This document shows, piece after piece, positions 9,633-20,967 of a stretch of 64,000 bases of DNA. How positions within the stretch are numbered: position 1 is the stretch's first letter; every line of letters begins with the position of its first letter. The stretch covers positions 30,264 to 94,263 of the forward strand of contig JAKPMO010000007.1 of assembly GCA_029548865.1 (NCBI GenBank), given 5' to 3'. The DNA is from Caldisericota bacterium (GTDB taxonomy: Bacteria > Caldisericota > Caldisericia > JAAYUI01). The position numbers and the translations under genes are program-made. The notes below the pieces were generated by a model. It searched no databases. It was not told the DNA's origin and saw nothing but the letters and a program-made list of their open reading frames with translations.

Positions 9633-10943
9633 ATGAACTACTGTGAAGCGCTTGACAAACTCGGAAGCCTTCACTACCTCGGTTCCAGGCTGGGGCTTGG
9701 AAGGATGATTCCACTGCTTGAATCGGTCGGAAGTCCCCAGTATTGCTATCCATACATTCATGTGACAGGCACAAAAGGGAAGGGTTCAACTTCCCTTATG
9801 ATTTCAAACATAATGCAGGCCTCCGGATACAAGGTTGGTCTTTACACCAGCCCACATCTCCAATCACTGCGAGAACGGATAAGAGTTAATGGAGAATTGA
9901 TAACAACAGGGGAGTTCTCCGATCTCGTGGACACAGTCTCACAAGTGGCAGAAGGGCTTGATAGCGAACTTGGGCCAGCAACTTTCTTCGAAGTAATGAC
10001 CGCCATGGCAATGCTCCATTTCAAAAATGCCGGCACACATGTTGGGATCTTTGAGGTTGGCCTTGGTGGGAGGCTGGATGCAACAAATGTCGTCGAAAAA
10101 CCTGCATGTTCAGTTATAACTGCAATTTCGTATGACCATATGGGAATACTTGGCGACACCCTCGAGCGCATCGCCAAGGAAAAAGCTGGTATTATAAAGA
10201 AAAACTGCCCACTTATTTGCGCAAAACAACCGGCAAAAGCCCTCGAGACACTCCTTGGAATAGCAAAAGACCGTAACGCAACCGTTTCAATTCAGGGGAA
10301 AGATTTTGACTATATCGACAGAGGGGCCGCCAATGGCATTGGGCAAACAATGGACTATCACTCGGATTTTGGCACCATAAAAGATATTTTTGTTCCACTT
10401 CTTGGTGAACATCAGCTCCAAAATGCCTCCATTGCAATAAGGGCCGCTGAAGTGACTTCCAGGAACGTGGGGCTAAAAATATCAGAAGATGCAATAAAAG
10501 AAGGCATAAAAAACTCTTTCTGGCCATGCAGACTGGAAGTGTTCCCAGGAGAGCCAACGATCATCCTGGATGGCGCCCACAATGGTGCATCTGCCGATGC
10601 ACTTGCTCATGCCCTTAGGCGTCACTTCAAATACAACTCGCTGACAATGGTGGTCGGACTCCTCAGGGACAAGGACACCACAAGGTTCATAAGGGCTCTG
10701 GCCCCAATGGCCAACAAAATCATTGCAACCACACCAAGTTACTACAGGAAACTCTCCTCTGACAAACTGTGTATGCGTTTCAGGCGAAGATTGTTCGAAT
10801 GCGATTCAATAGACAACCCGGCCGATGCGGTAGTAAAAGCCATCGAATCAACTCCAAAGGGTGGCGCAGTACTAGTGACAGGCTCGCTATACCTTGTTGG
10901 TGAAATGAGAACACTTTTAGGCCAGTTTGCACTTGCAAAATAA
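9633..10943 (+). CDS. folC: Folylpolyglutamate synthase/dihydrofolate synthase
   Basis: HVTGTKGKGST, YTSPHL, EVGLGGRLDATN, LDGAHN, GSLYLVG; ATG 2 nt after the valS stop. Confidence 0.95.
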   Translation: MNYCEALDKLGSLHYLGSRLGLGRMIPLLESVGSPQYCYPYIHVTGTKGKGSTSLMISNIMQASGYKVGLYTSPHLQSLRERIRVNGELITTGEFSDLVDTVSQVAEGLDSELGPATFFEVMTAMAMLHFKNAGTHVGIFEVGLGGRLDATNVVEKPACSVITAISYDHMGILGDTLERIAKEKAGIIKKNCPLICAKQPAKALETLLGIAKDRNATVSIQGKDFDYIDRGAANGIGQTMDYHSDFGTIKDIFVPLLGEHQLQNASIAIRAAEVTSRNVGLKISEDAIKEGIKNSFWPCRLEVFPGEPTIILDGAHNGASADALAHALRRHFKYNSLTMVVGLLRDKDTTRFIRALAPMANKIIATTPSYYRKLSSDKLCMRFRRRLFECDSIDNPADAVVKAIESTPKGGAVLVTGSLYLVGEMRTLLGQFALAK

Positions 10944-10977
10944 CAGAATAATCAATAATCTTTGCTTGGAGGACATT

Positions 10978-11580
10978 GTGAAAAAAATTATCGTTCTGGC
11001 GTTCGTGGCCATGATGGTCTTCGGACCCGTCGTAAATGTTCTTGCAGTGGATGGTGATCCTTCTGCTGTCGATACAATACAGCTTGGTGATCCAAAGGTA
11101 TCTGAAACCGTAAATGAACCAGACTTTTTCTCATCGATTGCCAAATTCTTTGACACACTCATCCCGATGGTTCCATGGGCACTCCTTGCCTCGGTGATTT
11201 TTATTGCCATGTGGGTATATTTTGATGCGTCCAGACGCACGAATTACGGCTGGTTATGGGGCATCGCATCCCTGCTTGTCGTACCATGGCTCATTTATCT
11301 TGCCTGCAGGCCGCCTTATACCATTGAAGAAATGAAACTTATCGAGGCAGATGCAAACCTAAGAAGAATAGAAAAAGAGTATTACCAGTACGTTCTCACA
11401 AAAGAGAAATACATCTGTGGCGTTTGCGGAACACCGGTACAACCCGATTATCAGGTCTGCCCAAGCTGCTACAAGGAACTCAAGAAAGTCTGTCCATCCT
11501 GCGGTAAACTCCTTGATCCGGAATGGCATATTTGCCCCTATTGCGCTTCGAGAATAACGGACAGGCCAAAGGGAGCCTGA
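10978..11580 (+). CDS. Membrane protein with C-terminal double zinc ribbon
   Basis: GGAGG plus GTG start; TM helices; CGVC/CPSC/CPSC/CPYC. Confidence 0.75.
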   Translation: MKKIIVLAFVAMMVFGPVVNVLAVDGDPSAVDTIQLGDPKVSETVNEPDFFSSIAKFFDTLIPMVPWALLASVIFIAMWVYFDASRRTNYGWLWGIASLLVVPWLIYLACRPPYTIEEMKLIEADANLRRIEKEYYQYVLTKEKYICGVCGTPVQPDYQVCPSCYKELKKVCPSCGKLLDPEWHICPYCASRITDRPKGA

Positions 11581-11582
11581 AA

Positions 11583-14177
11583 ATGAAAAAAAGGGCGCTT
11601 GGTCTCTTAATTGCTCTTCTTCTTGTCACCGTTGGGGCCGCCACACCAACACCGGATGCGGCCACCAAAACTGGCGTCTGGCAGTACAGGCGGACGCTCA
11701 CAGTGTACGAGAAGGGTGGTGTTTCCAGAAAATCTTACGCCATCGACCTTGCGCTTTCAAAATCGGAGCTTGCCGATACAGCCTCTGACCTAAGATTGAC
11801 CGACAACAAGGGCACTCTCCTTCCATACCAGATTGTCTCAATAGAGAATGGAAAAGTAACCGTAAGGATACCTGTAGATCTAGAGCCAAACGGTAGAAAA
11901 GCTTTTTACATCTACTACGGAAACCCGCAAGCCCAGCCACCGCAAAGGGTCTTTGTCGGCTCCGAGAACATGATAGGCAATGATTTTGTTTCACTGGCAA
12001 TAGGCGAAGTCAAAATCTGTTCCTACTCAAAAGACAACAAAATAACCGTCACTGATGTCGCTGGTAATTATATAAAAGATATTTTTGGAAGAACGATAAG
12101 CCCCGAAACCTACCCTGCTGGAGGGATACGGAGCTTCAAACCCGAAAACCCGACAGTGATCAGGATACAAAGCACTGGCCTGTGCTCTGTGGCAATGGGA
12201 AACTTCGCAAAAGAAGAAACCGATTGCACAGCATTCATCTCCGGCGAGGCTCTCGTTTTTGTGCCATCATTTTTGGCCATCACAAGCCTCAGAGACGGAA
12301 ACAACGTGTCAGTATTCAACAGGGGCGAGTTGGCAAAAAAAGCTATCCTGAACTCAAACCAAACGCTTGTCTTTGATAACCTGCCGGCAGGAATGCGCAA
12401 AATACAATCAGACTATGATTGCGCCATCCAGTATGGCACCGCAAGCTCTTACTCATTCTTCTCGGTCCCGCAAAAAGGCCTTGTTTACTCCTACCTCCCA
12501 CTTGGTCCAACCGCAATTGTTGCCCACCAGAACAACACCGAGCTGTTTGTGACATGGTCCGACCCAACAATTCCGCCGCAAAAATTCGAGCTCTCATCTG
12601 CAGGGCAGATGCAAAGGCTTGAAACAAAATCGCCTTTAATCAAAAAAAGTGAAATTTACAACGCCACAACAATAACTTCGAACAAGCCGATAACCGTTTT
12701 GGCAATGGGGACTCAGGGTGGCCATGGTGCCACTTTCCTCCCAGGTGTTGATGGCAAACTGCTTTCAAAACGCTGGAACACGGTATCCGGGCCAATTGAC
12801 CCAAAAAATCCCTCAAACAGGAATATTGCTCTTATAGCCCCCTATTCAAAAACAACACTGTCATCGCCAACTGAAAGAAGGGTTTTCCCACCACTTCCAT
12901 CGAGCCCGATGTCAACATCACTGGTGAGTGTCACAACAGAATTCTCTCCTGTATTGGCTCAAACCAACCAGTACGCTGTCATTCTGGACGCAAATCCTGA
13001 CGACACGGCTTTGCTGTATCAGGTTCCCCCAATAAAAGACAAGAGCGTCATATTCACTCTTTCGGACCCGGAAGCTGCACCGGAAGGGTCGACCTGGATG
13101 CCGGAATCGCCAGTCTCCCCAGGGGGAGAGCCGGGCAAGCAGGAACAGCCAAATGAAAATTTCTTTACCAGCCTCTGGAAAACATTGACAAATCCGACTG
13201 AAAACCCGATGCAATTCTCGCTTGTTCTTCTTTTTGCGGCACTTATTCTAATAACTATCGCAGTCCTTCTCTGGAGGAGATCAAAGCATAGCCCAGAAGA
13301 TGACGCTGATGATGAAGACGAGGAAAAAACAGAGGCAAAAGAAGATAACACCACACAACCCTTATATCAAGATGACGGTATAAGTCAGGCAAGAGTAGAT
13401 TTTGAAGCGCTTGAAGAGCTTGACAAAGAGCCCCCCGTAAAACCTGAGGAAAAGGCCGAAGAAAAAGATTTTTCAGAAAATTGGCCAAAACAAGAGGCAA
13501 CAAAGCAGACACAAGCCCAGCAAACAACCACAAAACAGCCCGGGGAAAACATGAGAACCCCAAAACTGAGGCTCCCTAATCTCTCAAAATTCCTTTCACA
13601 AGAAGCGACCAATTCTATAAATTCCAGCAACGAAACTACGGCAAAGGAAGAGCCTCCTTGCAGTCACGAGACACCTCCACCCCCAGCAGAGGAAAGGCAT
13701 GAAGAGGCACCGATGGTTATGCCATCACCAATGGTCCAAGAGACAAAAGAACCTGAAGAGCCAGAGATAGATGTCACAGAATCAGAAATAGCCCAGCCGT
13801 CAGTTATATCTGAAGCAGTAGCACAGCTCGCAGACCAGATGAACAAGATGGGTGTCGTCGCTGATCCTGGTGCAATAATGAGATTACACAAAGAAGGTCT
13901 ATTGCCACTTCTTTCAAAAATATCCATCGCCCACACTGCTTATTCATTACTTCCAGGTGAATTGTCGATAGACCCAAGATTCGAGAGAATTCCAATAATG
14001 GGGAAAGAAGCCGAGAGAGCAAACAAAATCTCATCAGAACTAGGGGTATTTGAAGAAGTCGGAAGGGCGCTTGTCGTGGCAGAAAAAACGAGATCAGAGT
14101 TCTATATAACAACCGCACGCCTCCCGGAGAGAATGGGGAAACTCAAAGTTGTACACGTAGAGAGGTTTATAGGATAA
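11583..14177 (+). CDS. DUF2341-like surface protein with TM anchor, acidic linker and C-terminal PIN-like domain
   Basis: WQYRRTLTV..DLRLTD..IYYGNP; ITSNKPITV (IgGFc-binding-like); single TM; C-terminal VVADPGAIMRL..ALVVAE..YITT. Confidence 0.6.
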   Translation: MKKRALGLLIALLLVTVGAATPTPDAATKTGVWQYRRTLTVYEKGGVSRKSYAIDLALSKSELADTASDLRLTDNKGTLLPYQIVSIENGKVTVRIPVDLEPNGRKAFYIYYGNPQAQPPQRVFVGSENMIGNDFVSLAIGEVKICSYSKDNKITVTDVAGNYIKDIFGRTISPETYPAGGIRSFKPENPTVIRIQSTGLCSVAMGNFAKEETDCTAFISGEALVFVPSFLAITSLRDGNNVSVFNRGELAKKAILNSNQTLVFDNLPAGMRKIQSDYDCAIQYGTASSYSFFSVPQKGLVYSYLPLGPTAIVAHQNNTELFVTWSDPTIPPQKFELSSAGQMQRLETKSPLIKKSEIYNATTITSNKPITVLAMGTQGGHGATFLPGVDGKLLSKRWNTVSGPIDPKNPSNRNIALIAPYSKTTLSSPTERRVFPPLPSSPMSTSLVSVTTEFSPVLAQTNQYAVILDANPDDTALLYQVPPIKDKSVIFTLSDPEAAPEGSTWMPESPVSPGGEPGKQEQPNENFFTSLWKTLTNPTENPMQFSLVLLFAALILITIAVLLWRRSKHSPEDDADDEDEEKTEAKEDNTTQPLYQDDGISQARVDFEALEELDKEPPVKPEEKAEEKDFSENWPKQEATKQTQAQQTTTKQPGENMRTPKLRLPNLSKFLSQEATNSINSSNETTAKEEPPCSHETPPPPAEERHEEAPMVMPSPMVQETKEPEEPEIDVTESEIAQPSVISEAVAQLADQMNKMGVVADPGAIMRLHKEGLLPLLSKISIAHTAYSLLPGELSIDPRFERIPIMGKEAERANKISSELGVFEEVGRALVVAEKTRSEFYITTARLPERMGKLKVVHVERFIG

Positions 14178-14686
14178 TGCCGGACGAGTTTGTCGAGCTG
14201 GCCAGAAAAGCAATAAAAGCATGGGTCCTTGAAAAGAGGACCATAGAAACACCGGCACCTGTTCCCGAAAACATGAAGGGGAAGGCCGGTGTTTTCGTTT
14301 CAATACATGAAGATGGCGACCTGAGGGGGTGCATAGGAACCTTCCTGCCAACAACAGCCAATATTGCCCACGAGATAATCGAGATGGCTATTGAGGCATG
14401 TTCCCAGGATCCAAGATTCATGCCTATCAGGCCAAACGAGCTGGACAAACTTGAAATAAATGTCGATGTGCTTAGCTCACCTGAGCCAATAGACAACATT
14501 ATACAGCTTGATCCAAAAACCTATGGGGTGATAGTTTCCAGGGGACCAAGAAGGGGCCTTCTCCTGCCTGACCTTGAGGGCATTGACACAGCAGAGCAGC
14601 AGGTGGCGATAGCCAGGAGAAAAGCTGGAATATATGATGATGGCCCGGTCCAGTTGCAGCGCTTCAAGGTAACAAGGCACACCTAA
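14177..14686 (+). CDS. amrA: AmmeMemoRadiSam system protein A (AMMECR1 family)
   Basis: GVFVSI, LRGCIGT, DPRF, GLLLPDL, KAG. Confidence 0.9.
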   Translation: MPDEFVELARKAIKAWVLEKRTIETPAPVPENMKGKAGVFVSIHEDGDLRGCIGTFLPTTANIAHEIIEMAIEACSQDPRFMPIRPNELDKLEINVDVLSSPEPIDNIIQLDPKTYGVIVSRGPRRGLLLPDLEGIDTAEQQVAIARRKAGIYDDGPVQLQRFKVTRHT

Positions 14687-14817
14687 AAAAAGTCAATTCA
14701 CCTGTAATTATTTAAGGAAGAAACAGTCTAAAGAACCAAGTCACAATGGTGGCCCAGTTTTTTATATTTACCTTAATGGCTTTTAAGATATAATATCAGT
14801 TTGTTCAAGGAGGCCTT

Positions 14818-15717
14818 GTGAAAAAGATTGTTTCTGTCAGTTTAGGTTCGTCATCACGCGACCATGCCTACACGACTGAACTTCTTGGAGAAAAATTTGA
14901 AATCTCAAGGGTTGGAACCGATGGCGATGTCGACAAGATGGTGGAGCTATTCAAAAAGCTTGATCTTGAAGTCAACGCTTTTGGCATGGGTGGTGGAGAC
15001 ATATACCTTCGCCCTGGCAACAAAACATACGTCCTCCGTGAACCTTACAAATGGTCTAAAGCTGCACCGACAAAACCTGTTTGCGATGGCGCATACTTCA
15101 AAGCCGTCATGGAACCTCTGGTCATTCACAACCTGTTCCAGCAGGGGTTCTTAAAAAAAGACATGAAGGTACTTGTAATGACGGCAGTAGACAGGTATTT
15201 TCTTGCAAAGGCTTTTGCAGATGAAGGATGCAGGTGTGTTTTTGGCGATATGCCATTTTCACTGGGAATACCACTTGGAGTCACCAGTTTGGGGACAATA
15301 AGGTTTCTTGGAACAACACTCCTGCCAATCATAACTAAGCTCCCATACCACTGGCTCTACCCTCTCGGCTCAAGCCAGGAAAAAATGAAAAACAAACCAA
15401 ACAGGTTCTTTGCATGGGCAGATGTTGTGGCTGGAGATCTTCATTACATAAGGAAAAACATGCCACTCGACATGAAAGGCAAAATAATCTGCACAAACAC
15501 AACAACGAAGAAAAACCTTGACGAATTCAAAGAGAGGGGTGTAAAGGCTGTTGTAACATTTACTCCTGACATGAATGGAAGAACATTTGGGGCAAATGTT
15601 TTGGAAGCAGTTTTTGCTTCGATACTTGGCAAACACCCCCAAGAAACAACTGAAAAAGAATACCAGGACCTTATTGGCAAACTGGGCATTCAAAAACCAA
15701 ATATAGTTATGCTCTAA
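14818..15717 (+). CDS. Conserved protein of the family often annotated quinate 5-dehydrogenase; function unverified
   Basis: VSVSLGSSSRDH, RVGTDGD, GRTFGANVLEA. Confidence 0.6.
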   Translation: MKKIVSVSLGSSSRDHAYTTELLGEKFEISRVGTDGDVDKMVELFKKLDLEVNAFGMGGGDIYLRPGNKTYVLREPYKWSKAAPTKPVCDGAYFKAVMEPLVIHNLFQQGFLKKDMKVLVMTAVDRYFLAKAFADEGCRCVFGDMPFSLGIPLGVTSLGTIRFLGTTLLPIITKLPYHWLYPLGSSQEKMKNKPNRFFAWADVVAGDLHYIRKNMPLDMKGKIICTNTTTKKNLDEFKERGVKAVVTFTPDMNGRTFGANVLEAVFASILGKHPQETTEKEYQDLIGKLGIQKPNIVML

Positions 15718-15729
15718 GGAGAGGACATC

Positions 15730-16248
15730 ATGAGCACAAAGCAGAATGAAGAAGCAAAACCGCAGATAAAACATGGCAGCGAGCACCTTCTGACAAGAGA
15801 AGGCTACAAAAAACTGTATGCTGAGCTAGAAGACCTGAAAAACAACAAAAGGCAGGAGATTGCCGAAAGAATCAGGCAGGCAAAAACCTTTGGAGATATA
15901 TCGGAAAATGCCGAATATGATGAGGCCAAAAAAGACCAGGCATTCATCGAGGGCAGAATACAACAGCTTGAAAATATCCTTTCAGACTGTGAAATAATTG
16001 AATCCGAAGACGTAGATTTGCACGAAGTCAATATTGGCTGCACCGTAACAGTCGTCAATCTTAGCACCCATGAAAATATGACAGTGACAATCGTTGGCAC
16101 ATACGAGGCAAAACCGCAAGAGGACAAGATTTCAAACGTGTCTCCACTTGGCAGGGAACTGCTCGGCCATGAGACTGGTGATGTTGTCCGCGTTGTTACC
16201 CCAAAGGGTGACGTAAAATACAGAATACTGAAGATATCCAGAGGATAA
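15730..16248 (+). CDS. greA: Transcription elongation factor GreA
   Basis: FGDISENAEYDEAK, ISNVSPLGRELLG. Confidence 0.96.
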   Translation: MSTKQNEEAKPQIKHGSEHLLTREGYKKLYAELEDLKNNKRQEIAERIRQAKTFGDISENAEYDEAKKDQAFIEGRIQQLENILSDCEIIESEDVDLHEVNIGCTVTVVNLSTHENMTVTIVGTYEAKPQEDKISNVSPLGRELLGHETGDVVRVVTPKGDVKYRILKISRG

Positions 16249-16252
16249 GACA

Positions 16253-17716
16253 ATGTTCAATGAATCAATGATGGCGAAGCTGGCCAAGCTGCGCGAGGCC
16301 GGAAAAGATGTATACCCGCCAAGGGTCCCGAAACCAACTTCCGAGGCAGAGACAGTAAAGGCCAATTTTGAAAAATTTGAAAACCAGACTGTAACAATAG
16401 CTGGCAGGATAACTGCCCAACGCGGCCACGGCAAGGCGATGTTTCTTGAGGTCGCAGATGAAACTGGACCAATACAGCTTTACGTCAGGGTCGATGATGT
16501 AGGCGAAGAAATCTATGGCCTGATAAGAGATGCACTCGATGTTGGTGACCTCGTTGTAGTGACTGGCTCGGTGTTCAAAACCAGGACTGGCGAAGTAACC
16601 ATCCACACAAAAGAGTTTATGTGGGCAACCAAGGCGCTGGAAGGACTGCCAGAAAAATGGCATGGTCTGAAAGACTCCGAAATAAGATACAGGAAACGCC
16701 ATCTGGACATGATTGCAAATTCAGAGGTCAGGGAGCGTTTCAGCAAAAGAACCAGAATAATCAGAGCAATAAGAGAGTTTTTGTGGAATGAGGGTTTTGA
16801 GGAAGTCGAAACCCCGACACTCCAGCCGCTCTATGGTGGTGCACTGGCAAAACCATTCATGACCCACCATAATGCGCTTGATATGGACCTTTACCTCAGG
16901 ATTGCCCCGGAGCTCTACCTAAAAAGGCTCATTGTCGGTGGAATGCCAAAAGTATTCGAGATCGGCAAGGCCTTCAGAAATGAAGGCATATCACTTGTCC
17001 ACAACCCGGAGTTCACAATCATGGAACTTTACCAGGCCTGGGCAGACTACCACGACATGATGGACATCACCGAGAGGATGGTTTCTTCTGTCGCAAAAAC
17101 AATCACTGGGTCTTTTGTCATCAATTTCCAGGGTGAGGAAATCGATCTGACACCGCCATGGAAAAGATTGACAATGGCAGAGGCATTCAAGGAATATGCC
17201 GGCGTTGAGATCGAAAAACTCAGGGACGCAAAGTTTGCATTTGCTTTCCTTCAGGAAAATGGCGTCAAGATGGAAAAGAAGCCTGGTTTTGGCGGTTTCT
17301 GCGACGAAACGCTGAAAAAGCTTGTTGAGCCAAAAATCAAGAATCCAACCTTTATCTACAATTACCCGATAGAGCTTTCGCCACTAGCAAAGCTCATTCC
17401 AGGCGAGACCATGTGGGTTGAAAGGTTCCAGCCAGTCATCGCAGGTTATGAAGTAGGAAATGCTTTCTCTGAACTCAACGATCCACAAGACCAGTTGAAC
17501 AGATTTGAAGGTCAGGAAAAAGCCAGAAGCAGTGGAGATGAAGAAGCACATCAGACCGATACAGACTTTGTTGAAACACTAGCAGTTGGCATGCCGCCAA
17601 CTGGAGGACTTGGGATAGGCATTGACAGGATTGTTATGCTTTTAACAGATCAGGTTTCAATAAGGGAAGTTCTCGCATTCCCTCAACTCAGGAGGCAAAG
17701 TGGGGATATTTCTTGA
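16253..17716 (+). CDS. lysS: Lysine--tRNA ligase (class II)
   Basis: OB-fold, [32 protein letters not shown]. Confidence 0.97.
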   Translation: MFNESMMAKLAKLREAGKDVYPPRVPKPTSEAETVKANFEKFENQTVTIAGRITAQRGHGKAMFLEVADETGPIQLYVRVDDVGEEIYGLIRDALDVGDLVVVTGSVFKTRTGEVTIHTKEFMWATKALEGLPEKWHGLKDSEIRYRKRHLDMIANSEVRERFSKRTRIIRAIREFLWNEGFEEVETPTLQPLYGGALAKPFMTHHNALDMDLYLRIAPELYLKRLIVGGMPKVFEIGKAFRNEGISLVHNPEFTIMELYQAWADYHDMMDITERMVSSVAKTITGSFVINFQGEEIDLTPPWKRLTMAEAFKEYAGVEIEKLRDAKFAFAFLQENGVKMEKKPGFGGFCDETLKKLVEPKIKNPTFIYNYPIELSPLAKLIPGETMWVERFQPVIAGYEVGNAFSELNDPQDQLNRFEGQEKARSSGDEEAHQTDTDFVETLAVGMPPTGGLGIGIDRIVMLLTDQVSIREVLAFPQLRRQSGDIS

Positions 17717-18701
17717 AATAATTGAATGGTTGGACAACTCCGGCGTTGAACTGCTCCACAGGGAACCGCCGCAGGGTTCTGCAGACATCAAAATGGGTGC
17801 CCAACTTATTGTTCGAGAGGGCCAGCTTGCCATCTTCATGTCAAACGGCAAAGTGGCCGACATGTTCGGCCCAGGCAAATACACACTTTCTACCGAGAAC
17901 ATCCCCATACTGACACAATTGCTTTCAATTCCTTACGGCTTCAAGTCTCCCTTTAGGGCAGAGGTACTTTTCATTTCAACAGTACAGATGCCCGGTTTCA
18001 AATTCGGAACACCTGATTCAATACCATTCCGCGATAAAGAACTCGGCGTTGTAAGGGTAAAAGCATTCGGCAACTATACCCTGAGAGTGGACGACCCAAG
18101 AAAATTTATTACTGAAATAGTGGGCACAAAGGGTTTTATGACCCGAGGCAAAATCGAAGATTTCATGCGCGGTATTGTGGCCTCAAAATTTACCGACATG
18201 CTCGGCGAGTCCCTGACCACCGTCTTTGACCTTCCAAAAATTTACCAGGAAATCGGTGACCAGCTTTCAAAATCCATAAACGGTGAAGTGTCCAAATTCG
18301 GACTTTCCTGCCTCGCTGCATTTATCGAATCAATAGGCCTTCCGCCAGAAGTCGAAACTGCAATAGACGAGAGGGCCGGGATGGGTGTCATAAAAGACAT
18401 GAATGCCTATCTGGCATACAAGGCCGCAAAGGGCATGGAAAAGGGTGGCGAAGGAATGATGGGTGCAGCTACTCAAATAGGTGCAGGGTTTGTAATGGGT
18501 GGCAAAATAGTCGAGAACCTCTCAAAGGGGACCGACGCAAAGGTTTCAAATGAGATCTGCCCTGAGTGCGGCAAACCCATACAGCAAAACACCAAATTCT
18601 GCCCCAATTGTGGGAAAAATCTTCAGTTAAATTGCAAAAAGTGCGGCCAGTCTGTACCGGAAGGCGCAAAGTTCTGCCCGAACTGTGGCGAAAAAATCTA
18701 G
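17700..18701 (+). CDS. SPFH/band-7 (YdjI-like) protein with C-terminal double zinc ribbon
   Basis: [29 protein letters not shown]; four CxxC pairs. Confidence 0.85.
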   Translation: MGIFLEIIEWLDNSGVELLHREPPQGSADIKMGAQLIVREGQLAIFMSNGKVADMFGPGKYTLSTENIPILTQLLSIPYGFKSPFRAEVLFISTVQMPGFKFGTPDSIPFRDKELGVVRVKAFGNYTLRVDDPRKFITEIVGTKGFMTRGKIEDFMRGIVASKFTDMLGESLTTVFDLPKIYQEIGDQLSKSINGEVSKFGLSCLAAFIESIGLPPEVETAIDERAGMGVIKDMNAYLAYKAAKGMEKGGEGMMGAATQIGAGFVMGGKIVENLSKGTDAKVSNEICPECGKPIQQNTKFCPNCGKNLQLNCKKCGQSVPEGAKFCPNCGEKI

Positions 18702-19719
18702 CCTTCTCAAAAAAGCCACAAAAAGGGTTTTTGTATGGCTCGGGATTGTTGTTATCCCAATTTTTATTCTTGCCTCAGCGATCTATGTTGCCGAAGGGGG
18801 ATTGCCAGGCTCCTCAATAAAAAATTTCCTTGACGCAGTGTGGTGGACTGTTGTCACAATGTCCACTGTAGGGTATGGAGATGTTGTACCCATAACATCA
18901 ATTGGCAGGGTGATAGCCATTCTTGCCATGTTCTCCGGAATAATCATGATAGCTGGCCTTACTGCCACGCTGGCCAGCACCCTGATTGAAAGGGTGGTCA
19001 AAAGAATGAATCAAAATAAGGTCGAAAGATTTAGGGATCATGTGTTGATTTTGGGGTGGAATGAGAATGGCCTGAGAATCATCGGAGACCTTTACAGGGA
19101 ATGCCAGGAAAAACAGATAGGAATCGTTGTAATGGCAGACATTGAACCACCATCCTCAATCCAGCAAGATACATACTTCATTAAAGGTGACCCAACGAGA
19201 CTTGAAAACCTCGACAGGGCATCTGCAGAACACGCAAAAGCAGCCGTTGTGCTGGCCGATTTTGAAATCAACGCCAGAAACACCGACTCAAAAGTCATAC
19301 TTACGGCACTTGCAGTAAAGAGGGTTTCCAAAAACAGGTGCAGGGTCATCTGCGAAGTTTTACTTGAAGAAGACGCAGAATACCTGCGTCATGCAGGAGT
19401 GGACGAGATTATTGTCAGGTCAGGGGTTGCAGGAGACCTTTTGTCGCGTTCTGTGTCTAATCCTGGTGTGGCAGAATTAATGCAAATATTGCTAAAAACC
19501 GAATCACCCGGTTCGCTTGGAAGAATATCTATCCCTGCGCCTTTTCATGGGAAAAGGTATGAGGAACTCGTCATGGCACTTTATAGTCAATCAGAAATGA
19601 TTGTGGTTGCACTAATAAGGAGTGGCAATATGATGGTAAATCCATCACAAAATGAAATAATCCAGCCAGGTGACGAAGCCTTCATTGTTTCCGCTTCCGG
19701 CGGCGAATGCAGAATCTAA
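18685..19719 (+). CDS. Potassium channel with RCK/TrkA domains
   Basis: TVGYGD selectivity filter; [11 protein letters not shown] domain. Confidence 0.9.
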   Translation: MAKKSSLLKKATKRVFVWLGIVVIPIFILASAIYVAEGGLPGSSIKNFLDAVWWTVVTMSTVGYGDVVPITSIGRVIAILAMFSGIIMIAGLTATLASTLIERVVKRMNQNKVERFRDHVLILGWNENGLRIIGDLYRECQEKQIGIVVMADIEPPSSIQQDTYFIKGDPTRLENLDRASAEHAKAAVVLADFEINARNTDSKVILTALAVKRVSKNRCRVICEVLLEEDAEYLRHAGVDEIIVRSGVAGDLLSRSVSNPGVAELMQILLKTESPGSLGRISIPAPFHGKRYEELVMALYSQSEMIVVALIRSGNMMVNPSQNEIIQPGDEAFIVSASGGECRI

Positions 19720-19737
19720 AACAGGAGGACTAGACAC

Positions 19738-20895
19738 ATGGCCAAGATGACTGCCAAAACTCTAACAAGATATATTGTTGTTGCCGGTTTGATGTCTTTT
19801 GTAATCATCTTCATCATCATGCAATTTTCCACGGGCTTTGACTTCTCAAAAATGGGTGAAGCAGTCTCAAAAGCAAACTGGTGGTGGATACTCGCTGCAG
19901 CACTATGCAATGTTGCATCGTTTCTCTGCGAGGCTTTCCAGCTCTGGTTTCTCTCCAGGGCATTGGGCAAAAAACCGGGTTTCTGGCGGATGATGCAGAT
20001 ATATTTTGTAGGAAACTTCTTTTCAAATGCCACACCTTCGACATCGGGTGGTGAGCCTTTCCAGGTTTATTTCATGATGGACGACGGCTTCTCTGTGGCA
20101 GAGGGAATGGTAATGGTAGCAGTCAGGGGCCTCATATCTGTAATGGTGAGGATTCTCTATGTGCTCGTAACAGTGGCCCTGATAGCATTGGGAATTTTCA
20201 GGTTAAACCTTAGTTTCACATTTGATTTGATTTTCTACATTACTCTAGCGGCATTTGCGCTTCTTGTGGTGGCTGGATTCATAATTATCATGAACCCACA
20301 TATTTTTTCGTTTTTGGTCAAATTCTTTTCAAGGTTCCGCTGGATCCGCAAGCTGGCAAAAATACAAGATCCCAAGCAATTTATTCAAAAAGGCGAGCTT
20401 TTCCTTGGCGAAATAAGATCATCAGCAAAACTGCTCATTCAAGGGAAAAAGATATGGATGATTGGTGCGATTTTCAATTCCATCCTGACATGGGTACTCC
20501 TGAAAACCATGCCATTTTTTATCATGCTTGCCCTAAACGAGCACCCAAATATATTTGTTATTTTTGCAATAGGTGTGATCTCACAACTCGCCACCGCATG
20601 GGTGCCAACACCCGGTGCAGTCGGAGGAATAGAAACTGGAATGCTTGCGTTTGCATCAACCATGCAGACTCCTGGAAACATAGGACTGTTTGTATTTATT
20701 TATAGGCTGATGGACTACCACATGGATGTTCTTGTTGGCGCACCCATAGCTTTGAGGCTCTTGTCTAAAAAGCTCGGAAAAGATACCAGCAATGCCGATT
20801 TATCAGCACTCACCAGCCAGATAAGCCAGAAAATGGAAGAAGAAAAAGAAAAGATGGCTCAAGAAGAACTTGCCTCAGAGCACAAGGTAAATTGA
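19738..20895 (+). CDS. Lysylphosphatidylglycerol synthase TM (flippase-like, UPF0104) protein 1
   Basis: FFSNATPSTSGGEP, PTPGAVGGIE, IYRL. Confidence 0.85.
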   Translation: MAKMTAKTLTRYIVVAGLMSFVIIFIIMQFSTGFDFSKMGEAVSKANWWWILAAALCNVASFLCEAFQLWFLSRALGKKPGFWRMMQIYFVGNFFSNATPSTSGGEPFQVYFMMDDGFSVAEGMVMVAVRGLISVMVRILYVLVTVALIALGIFRLNLSFTFDLIFYITLAAFALLVVAGFIIIMNPHIFSFLVKFFSRFRWIRKLAKIQDPKQFIQKGELFLGEIRSSAKLLIQGKKIWMIGAIFNSILTWVLLKTMPFFIMLALNEHPNIFVIFAIGVISQLATAWVPTPGAVGGIETGMLAFASTMQTPGNIGLFVFIYRLMDYHMDVLVGAPIALRLLSKKLGKDTSNADLSALTSQISQKMEEEKEKMAQEELASEHKVN

Positions 20896-20912
20896 GGCAG
20901 GGAAATCGAAGG

Positions 20913-20944
20913 AAAAAAGCCCCAATGATTTTGGGGCTTTTTTT
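20913..20944 (+). terminator. Intrinsic, probably bidirectional terminator
   Basis: AAAAAAGCCCCAA-tgatt-TTGGGGCTTTTTTT. Confidence 0.8.
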
Positions 20945-20967
20945 GTTATAATGTTCTAGTTGAAAAA

